DNA of 60,503 bases from Amoebophrya sp. A120 (taxonomy: Eukaryota; Protista; Dinoflagellata). Shown here in pieces: positions 56,953-60,503 of the stretch. The first letter of the stretch is position 1, and each line of letters begins with the position of its first letter. A program made the position numbers and the translations under genes. The stretch spans positions 690,834-751,336 of the forward strand of contig CAJINV010000023.1 in NCBI GenBank assembly GCA_905178155.1, written 5' to 3'. The notes below the pieces were generated by a model that was given only the letters and a program-made list of their open reading frames with translations, was not told the origin of the DNA and made no database searches.

Positions 56953-57822
56953 TCAGTTGGGACAATCCTTACGAACATGTCCAAGCTGCTTGCACTTGTG
57001 ACATTTGATCTTGGATTTGTCTCCACCGCCGCCTTTTCCCTTCTGCTGGTCTCCCTTGCCTCCTTTTCCGCCGCCCTTGTTGTTCTTCTGGTTGTTGTTC
57101 TTGTACGGGTGCTGGTTCTTGTTGACCCAGCGTCCACCCTTCTTCCCCTTCTGCGCAACAACTTCAGCAGCGATCGCTTTGTGATCGGCCTGCGTCAAGT
57201 TGAGAGAAGCGGGCTTTGCGGTGTCCTCTTCGGTGCCCCCGTCTTTCAAGACGGATTCGCACTCCTCCGCCAACTTCAACAAATTATCATTGTCCGGCTT
57301 GTCCTGAATGACGTGCGGCATGATAAAAGAATCGAAGGCGTTCCCGAGGTTGTAGAAGCATCCGAAAGTCATCAACTCGCTGCGGAAGACTTCACCGCCC
57401 AGGTCATCTCGAAAGATGTTTTGTTTCCGCTGAACGAACTCCCTTACCGTTTGGTCTTTGTCCTTCCGGGTGGTTAGTAAATCCTTAAGCGACCGCATTC
57501 GGGCGAATTTGGTCCGCTTATCGAATTCCAACAACAACGCACCCCAAGCCGTACTAATGCAAACGACTGTCTTTTTCTTCACGACCTCCAGCGCGTCCCC
57601 AGTCAACGCCACGCACAAGCGAGCGAAGAACTGCGCACCGATGGCCCTCGTGTCATCCTTCCATCCGTCAATAGAAGGCGTTTTCAAGAAGTTTTCGATC
57701 AAAGTCAAGATACCCAACATCTGCAACAAGGCTTGCACCTTAAACCGCCAGTCCGACCATCCCTTCGGATTCCCGTCGTAGGGCGGAATAGAGTACTTTT
57801 CCACCTGGTTAGTGTCGACCAT
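56953..57822 (-). CDS. gag: Copia Gag, copy 2
   Basis: As copy 1, one amino-acid difference (F/C). Confidence 0.9.
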   Translation of the reverse strand: MVDTNQVEKYSIPPYDGNPKGWSDWRFKVQALLQMLGILTLIENFLKTPSIDGWKDDTRAIGAQFFARLCVALTGDALEVVKKKTVVCISTAWGALLLEFDKRTKFARMRSLKDLLTTRKDKDQTVREFVQRKQNIFRDDLGGEVFRSELMTFGCFYNLGNAFDSFIMPHVIQDKPDNDNLLKLAEECESVLKDGGTEEDTAKPASLNLTQADHKAIAAEVVAQKGKKGGRWVNKNQHPYKNNNQKNNKGGGKGGKGDQQKGKGGGGDKSKIKCHKCKQLGHVRKDCPN

Positions 57823-58270
57823 TGTGTTCAAAAGAAAACAATAATCGCGCTTAAATACAAATTCCCAATTTGTATCCCAATCGAGATTGTGGAAATAGTT
57901 TGCAAATTGTGGGTCGCTAAGGTCTTCAACGTTCCAACCTTTGGAGCCGTAACACTTCGCGCCTAAAATGCACAAATCTCTATGCTTTCCAAGTTCTCTA
58001 GCTACGCAACTAGCACCAAAATGTCTGCATGACATTTAATTTCTTTTCTAAATTTTGCAGATAGACTTCTTGAAGTTGTGGGGGTGCGTTTTCAACAAAT
58101 GCGTTCAAATTTGTAATGCTAATTCTGCAATTTTACAAGTAAATCTTACAAGATGTAGTGGCTGTTTTTCAAATTTTCTACACAAGAAAATCAGTAAAAA
58201 TTGTAGTTGCAAGTTTTCTAAACATCAAGAAAACTACTAAAATTTTGGCTGAATAAAGGTGCGACTAGAT

Positions 58271-58614
58271 TGTTAGAAGCCTAGACGCACGATAGCAACA
58301 ACAGAGGTAAACGAGATGGGAACAAGCGCTAGCAGTACTAAGTGACTACGAGTCACTGTGTGTTTACTATCTGTTATCGACGCACTAGTATGGGTACTAG
58401 TCGCAACCTGCAGGGGTGTGATGAGATATCAAGAGGATGGACAATATGCATGACAAACAGGATGGCTACGGCTATCGGAGGAGGATCATGGATTTCAGAT
58501 CGAGGGCACTACAAGCCCGAGGGATTTGACATCAGACCAGATTTGCATCGCGATTTACATCGTAGTATGCTTCTGATCGTCACTAGGTCATTTATGATTC
58601 CGATCTATCCAACA
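58271..58614 (-). repeat. 5' LTR
   Basis: Two substitutions seen versus the other LTRs. Confidence 0.95.
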
Positions 58615-59080
58615 GAAAAAGAGCAGGACCTCCAAAATGAGCGGCCGCTGCTGCAGAGTTCCCTGCTCAGAGGAAATAAATAAATCCCTTCTTCGAAGGA
58701 AAAAACTATGCGTTGCTAGATTGATATAAAAACAAAGCTGGAAAAAATGCCAACGCGGGCTGGGGAAATCACAGTACAGCTGGAAAAATGAATTGCTGCT
58801 CTGTTCTTGCGGCCTTCGCTCGATATAATAATTCGAGAGGGCCACCACTTGTTCTGCAATTTTTACATTACAACAAAAAAACGCGACACCCATCGCAGAC
58901 CTCTTTTTATCGCGAAGCTCGAGGAGCTGCGTATTATATACCCAATCTGTTCGCGGCTTCTGCTTCTTTTTATTAGTTGTTGGCTCCTTCCCTGCACTCA
59001 GAAAAGGTTTGTCACCCGAGATTTTTTTTTTTGTAGGCCTTTATTTTTGGGAATAAAATTATGAAAGCAATTTCTTGAAG

Positions 59081-59266
59081 TATCATGTGGAAGAACATAC
59101 CCACCCTATATAGTATGTCCTGCAAATCACAATGCTATGCATCATGCCTACGAAGATGTCTGTCATGCGCAGCTCTATGACGTCCTCGAGGAGCATTTTG
59201 TATATATTGGTTGAAGATTTGCAACTTGTCACGCTCTATCCGGTGGGTGCGTTTTTCCTCAGGATA
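59081..59266. mobile_element. Short degenerate C-like element
   Basis: TATCATGTGGAAGAACATACCCACC..GGTGGGTGCGTTTTTCCTCAGGATA; no DR. Confidence 0.6.
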
Positions 59267-59295
59267 CTATACTTAGATAGTACCACAAACGCAGC

Positions 59296-59548
59296 TATCA
59301 AATGCAAAAATGTCTGGGTCTGGAAACTTGTGATGCAAGTCAGGGAAAAATGCGCATACTGTAATGCACTGCCAAGCATGACAAGTTTTTCCGTGGTTCA
59401 GACTTGCTTACTCCGCATGAGAAACTGCGTTTTTGCATGACAGGCAAGAGAAGCCCTTTGCGGCCACGCAATACAGACCTCTGAGTCATGCCGGACTAGC
59501 ATGACGAATCCCGGAATCATCCAGACCCAAACATTTTTGCATTTGATA
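59296..59548. mobile_element. Family B element
   Basis: DR GCAGC/GCAAC. Confidence 0.85.
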
Positions 59549-59607
59549 GCAACGAATGCTTTGGGACGCGGAGCGACCACGTGGGCGTTTCGGCACCCTT
59601 CAGCGAA

Positions 59608-59863
59608 TATCAAATGTAAAAATGTCTGGGTCTGGAAGAGTCATGCTGTTTTTGCATGACACAGGAGGTCTGGCATGGAAGCTCTAGCATCATTGGTTTC
59701 GAGAAGCTTCCGCAATGCCGAATCCGCAGGGCAAATCCCTCATCTTGGTGGCAGAATGAAAGTGGGCAGCTTTTGCTACCTATGCATGAGAGATTTTTCT
59801 GTGTTCTGAAATGCGCATCACAAGTTTGCTTTCTTCCAGACCCAGACATATTTGCAGTTGATA
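59608..59863. mobile_element. Family B element
   Basis: DR GCGAA/GCGAA. Confidence 0.9.
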
Positions 59864-60015
59864 GCGAACACGCGTCGCCGCGGAGTGCTCGGCGGCTTGG
59901 TCGGCGTGGAACCAATTCCAGTACTATCCGGAGAGGGCTTAGAACAAAACACGACACAAGATAAAACTACCAGCTGGCGTGGTCACTTCTACTACTAAAA
60001 AACGCCAAAACCAAA

Positions 60016-60503
60016 ATGGAAATCGGCGGCAGGCCGACCCGCGACTTGCTCGCGCTCTCTATTGTTTTCATTCTATGCGCTTATTGGCATCGGCTTTCGC
60101 GAATCTCTCGAGTTACGCCATTGTGTTCCTGGAATTCGGCCATCAGAAGCACGCATGGCGTCGGACATCAGACCCCATTTCCTGGGACAATAGCTCCCGA
60201 GCGGCTAGCTAAGCAGGCCCGGGCACCTGGCGAGGACAGAGAAAAAATGAAGGATTGCCAAGCCCACTCGCCGAAGCAAGCGAATCGCATAGGAGGCTGG
60301 CCGCGTCTTCCGCTGTCAGGACCGTGTTCAATTTGGTACATAGGTGCGCACACGCATGGCGGCGATGGACAGCTGCTTCATAAGCTTTACCCCTGCACCA
60401 TCCATATTTTTGAGCCAGTGGGCCCCTTCGTGGACAGTCTGAAGAAAGTTTGGGGCGCAAAGGGGCTGACTCGCGTTGAGTTCCACACCTTTGGCCTGGC
60501 CGC
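60016..60503 (+). CDS. 3'-partial FkbM-family methyltransferase, type II membrane
   Basis: Open to window end: MEIGG..LLALSIVFILCAYW..IWYIGAHTHGGDG..YPCTIHIFEPV..VEFHTFGLA. Confidence 0.7.
   Translation, partial: MEIGGRPTRDLLALSIVFILCAYWHRLSRISRVTPLCSWNSAIRSTHGVGHQTPFPGTIAPERLAKQARAPGEDREKMKDCQAHSPKQANRIGGWPRLPLSGPCSIWYIGAHTHGGDGQLLHKLYPCTIHIFEPVGPFVDSLKKVWGAKGLTRVEFHTFGLA

Larger units (their letters stand above)
45884..58614 (-). mobile_element. Tandem Ty1/copia LTR retrotransposon (LTR-int-LTR-int-LTR)
   Basis: Three 344-bp TG..CA LTRs; TSD GAAAA at 45879-45883 and 58615-58619; PPT AAGGGGGAA next to each 3' LTR; PR-IN-RT-RH order. Confidence 0.97.

Noticed and set aside
59267-59990. Exons around the B elements at 59296 and 59608
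   Set aside because: No convincing frame; + strand frames stop before ATG 60016, so probably UTR or intergenic

Overview
Eukaryotic (protist) genomic DNA. Nine protein-coding genes lie head-to-tail on the + strand. Most encode Golgi/secretory-type glycan-modifying proteins: a GT2-like+FkbM methyltransferase fusion, GT13, GT25, a PC-esterase/NXPE-type SGNH protein, two further methyltransferases, an SLC17 transporter and a PhyH dioxygenase; the ninth is Vtc1-like. The coding regions are split by 62 complete copies of short (mostly 150-350 bp) terminal-inverted-repeat elements from about 11 unrelated families (my labels A-K). Nearly all begin TAT, end ATA and are flanked by 5-bp direct repeats (DR). 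Removing each element plus one DR copy restores an open frame with intact family motifs in all eight interrupted genes, and no insertion can be read as GT-AG. They therefore behave as transposon-derived non-canonical introns, matching the introner elements described in the parasitic dinoflagellate Amoebophrya (organism assignment is inference). Notable cases include a net 1-nt exon, a SINE-like GT-AG intron nested in an introner, a Helitron-like insert in an introner, and a 1.15-kb foldback element with a 35-bp duplication. The window also holds a hAT-like non-autonomous element and a tandem Ty1/copia LTR retrotransposon with an in-frame gag-UGA-pol arrangement and a possibly self-priming primer-binding site. 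Gene models were assembled by hand, without transcript data.
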